A stretch of DNA of 32,000 bases from Halalkalibacterium halodurans (GTDB lineage: Bacteria; Bacillota; Bacilli; Bacillales; Bacillaceae_D), in the NCBI RefSeq assembly GCF_004376175.1, contig NZ_SNUY01000021.1, positions 1 to 32,000 of the forward strand, in the 5' to 3' direction. The position numbers and the translations under genes are program-made. The notes below the pieces were generated by a model. The model saw nothing but the letters and a program-made list of their open reading frames with translations. It did not search any database and was not told the origin of the DNA. Positions 31,049-32,000 of the stretch are shown here, piece after piece (positions within the stretch are counted from its first letter, which is position 1; every line of letters begins with the position of its first letter).

Positions 31049-31101
31049 ATTCTACATTTCAATAAATCTAATCTTATGAACGCAGGAAGGAGAAATAACA
31101 G

Positions 31102-32000
31102 ATGGCAAGAGAGTTCTCCTTAGAAAATACGCGTAATATCGGGATCATGGCTCACATCGATGCCGGTAAGACAACAACAACAGAGCGGATTTTGTTCTAC
31201 ACAGGACGTATCCATAAAATTGGTGAGACTCACGAAGGTGCTTCTCAAATGGACTGGATGGAGCAGGAGCAAGAGCGTGGAATCACGATCACATCTGCTG
31301 CAACAACAGCTCAATGGAAGAACAATCGTATCAACATCATCGATACTCCTGGACACGTAGACTTTACCGTTGAGGTTGAACGTTCTTTACGTGTATTAGA
31401 TGGAGCTGTTGCGGTACTTGATGCTCAATCAGGTGTTGAGCCGCAAACAGAGACAGTTTGGCGTCAAGCAACAACTTACGGTGTTCCTCGTGTCGTGTTC
31501 GTTAACAAAATGGACAAAACAGGAGCAGACTTCTTATATTCCGTAAGCACTCTTCGTGACCGCCTTCAAGCAAATGCGCATCCGATCCAACTACCAATTG
31601 GTGCGGAAGACAATTTTGAAGGAATCATCGACTTAGTTGATATGGTCGCTTATTTCTATGAAGATGATCTCGGAACAAGAACGGAAGCGAAGGAAATTCC
31701 TGACGAGTATAAAGAGCAAGCGCAAGAGTATCATGAGAAACTAGTGGAAGCTGCTGCTGAACTAGATGAAGAACTCATGATGAAATACTTAGAAGGAGAA
31801 GAACTTACAAAGGAAGAATTAAAAGCTGCGATCCGTAAAGGAACGTGTAATGTAGAATTCTACCCAGTCCTTTGTGGTTCGGCATTTAAGAACAAAGGTG
31901 TTCAGCTTATGCTAGACGCTGTTCTTGATTACCTCCCTTCTCCACTTGATGTACCTGCAATTAAAGGCCATGTTCCAGATACAGAAGAAGAAGCTGTTCG
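31102..32000 (+). CDS. fusA: Elongation factor G (5' part, runs off the window)
   Basis: Read by hand because it is not in the ORF track (no stop in the window). ATG at 31102 follows [39 protein letters not shown]...DTPGHVDF...NKMD GTPase motifs. Confidence 0.96.
   Translation, partial: MAREFSLENTRNIGIMAHIDAGKTTTTERILFYTGRIHKIGETHEGASQMDWMEQEQERGITITSAATTAQWKNNRINIIDTPGHVDFTVEVERSLRVLDGAVAVLDAQSGVEPQTETVWRQATTYGVPRVVFVNKMDKTGADFLYSVSTLRDRLQANAHPIQLPIGAEDNFEGIIDLVDMVAYFYEDDLGTRTEAKEIPDEYKEQAQEYHEKLVEAAAELDEELMMKYLEGEELTKEELKAAIRKGTCNVEFYPVLCGSAFKNKGVQLMLDAVLDYLPSPLDVPAIKGHVPDTEEEAV

Noticed and set aside
1-32000. Search for mobile elements, CRISPR arrays, tRNA or rRNA genes, toxin-antitoxin pairs, defence islands and the many antisense or alternate-frame ORFs inside clpC, radA, cysS, rpoB, rpoC and others.
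   Set aside because: I saw no repeat-spacer periodicity, no transposase or integrase-like ORF and no cloverleaf-capable segment. All antisense and alternate-frame ORFs are embedded in well-supported conserved genes and lack translation signals. Gene order is uninterrupted core synteny.

Overview
This window is the conserved Bacillaceae housekeeping block that runs ctsR-mcsA-mcsB-clpC-radA-disA-yacL-ispD-ispF-gltX-(T-box)-cysE-cysS-mrnC-rlmB-yacP-sigH-rpmG-secE-nusG-rplK-rplA-rplJ-rplL-ybxB-rpoB-rpoC-ybxF-rpsL-rpsG-fusA. All genes are on the + strand, in the order I recall for Bacillus subtilis 168. The proteins are diverged from 168, so this is a related Bacillaceae genome. Every long ORF is a recognisable core gene of normal length. 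I found no transposase, integrase, CRISPR array, rRNA or tRNA gene, toxin-antitoxin pair or defence-type gene, and no coding evidence for a novel protein system. All minus-strand ORFs in the track lie antisense to these genes or inside leaders and look spurious. About ten ORF-track starts are upstream over-extensions; I re-set them using Shine-Dalgarno (SD) spacing and remembered ortholog N-termini. What is worth a second look is non-coding. (1) An ORF-free, strongly purine-rich tract of about 550 nt lies at the left edge, upstream of ctsR, and I cannot assign it. (2) A 23S L1-stalk mimic is present twice, once in front of rplK and once in front of rplA. (3) An A/U-rich inverted repeat (TTGTTCAAAAAG...CTTTTTGAACAA) recurs in three leaders or spacers of translation and transcription operons. 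(4) The nusG SD is separated from its ATG by a hairpin. (5) The rpoB leader, the rpmG-secE spacer and the secE-nusG spacer are long and structured. (6) A canonical Cys T-box sits inside the gltX-cysE-cysS operon. All coordinates of RNA elements were derived by hand and may be off by a few nt.
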